Part shown: piece by piece, positions 54,929-55,673 of the stretch | Position numbering within the stretch: position 1 is the first letter of the stretch | Layout of the letters: every line of letters begins with the position of its first letter | NCBI GenBank assembly: GCA_050486105.1 | Contig: JBJHCR010000004.1 | Coordinates: 1-55,673 of the forward strand | Reading direction: 5' to 3' | Source of the DNA: Vulcanimicrobiota bacterium | GTDB lineage: Bacteria > Vulcanimicrobiota > Xenobia > Xenobiales > JADMJV01 | Length of the DNA: 55,673 bases | Translations under genes and position numbers: made by a program | Notes under the pieces: model-generated | The model's input: only the letters and a program-made list of their open reading frames with translations | Database searches by the model: none | What the model was told of the DNA's origin: nothing

Positions 54929-55673
54929 ATATTGTTGAGCGCTTCGAAGAAGTGGCGAGAGCTGAACCAACGCGTTTGGCTATCGTTGACAAGACGAGGC
55001 GATTCAGTTTAGCGCGGCTACTTTGGGAGGTAGATCGTCAGGCCCTTAGACTCAAAGAGATCGGCTTTGATTTCGGGGACACATCTCTGATTCTTCTCAA
55101 GAATTCTGCTGAGTTCGTAGCAAATATCTTCGCCCTTTTTAAGCTCGGGGTGAAACCCGTGTTAGTCGACCCAGGGATGGGTTTGGGCCGTTTCCTTAAA
55201 GTCATTGAGGAGGTCGAACCCACGGCTCTCATCGGTATTCCCAGGGCCTTAGCTCTCAAGAAGCTTTCTCCGAAGTCTTTCCGCAAGGTCAAGAAAGTGG
55301 CTTGTTGGGGCCATTTCCCAGAGGTGCCGGATCTCAGGCGAGGTGGAAGGTGTCAGACCCTGGAGCCTTTCCAAGCCACAGACCAAGATGTGGCAGCTAT
55401 TCTCTTCACTTCTGGTAGCACTGGTCCAGCCAAGGGAGTGGTCTACACTCACGGGATCTTCAGCCAGCAACTCGATGTTTTGCGCACCGTCTATGGGTTC
55501 GGCCCGAAGGATATCGATCTTCCTGGATTTCCGCTGTTCGGATTATTTAGTACTGCTTTAGGCGTGACTTGTGTCATTCCTAGACTGGATCCGAGCAGAC
55601 CTGCTCAGTGCGAACCCCTGCAGTTGATTCGTCAGATTCATGAGTTTGGAGTCAATTCTTTGCAAGGCTCTCC
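54925..55673 (+). CDS. oleC: OleC olefin beta-lactone synthetase (AMP-binding), 3' end cut by window edge
   Basis: Not in the ORF track. TTG start overlapping the oleB stop gives MNIVERFEEVARAEPTRLAI...FALFKLG...VDPGMG...AAILFTSGSTGPAKGVVYTHG...DLPGFPLFGLF...DPSRPA. Confidence 0.88.
   Translation, partial: MNIVERFEEVARAEPTRLAIVDKTRRFSLARLLWEVDRQALRLKEIGFDFGDTSLILLKNSAEFVANIFALFKLGVKPVLVDPGMGLGRFLKVIEEVEPTALIGIPRALALKKLSPKSFRKVKKVACWGHFPEVPDLRRGGRCQTLEPFQATDQDVAAILFTSGSTGPAKGVVYTHGIFSQQLDVLRTVYGFGPKDIDLPGFPLFGLFSTALGVTCVIPRLDPSRPAQCEPLQLIRQIHEFGVNSLQGS

Overview
Bacterial chromosomal window, moderately GC-rich and gene-dense. By eye I found no rRNA, tRNA, CRISPR array or transposase. It has four parts. 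(1) Housekeeping (1-8.8 kb): ffh (cut by the window edge), a class A beta-lactamase-fold lipoprotein, rng-atoE-EEP nuclease, and a Met/Gln-rich protein carrying a Cys-His amidase-like domain. (2) A cell-envelope modification locus (8.8-29 kb) built around three paralogous ~900-950 aa polytopic GT-C/DUF2298-like membrane proteins, plus a Wzx-type flippase, a DUF4105 protein and a SAM methyltransferase. (3) An islet interrupting that locus (20.4-25.2 kb): macrodomain, ogt, ada-alkA and a hydrolase, bracketed by two antitoxin-VapC modules. (4) A co-oriented lipid cluster (31.6 kb to the end): a wax ester synthase/DGAT overlapping an HMG-CoA-reductase-like gene with altered HMG-binding residues, a pfaD-pfaA(5 ACP)-pfaBC PUFA synthase, a 1021-aa membrane protein with a threefold internal repeat where oleA would normally sit, then oleB and oleC (cut by the edge). 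The best candidates for an undescribed system are the lipid cluster and the GT-C paralog triad. All calls come from motif recognition by eye; no database search was run.
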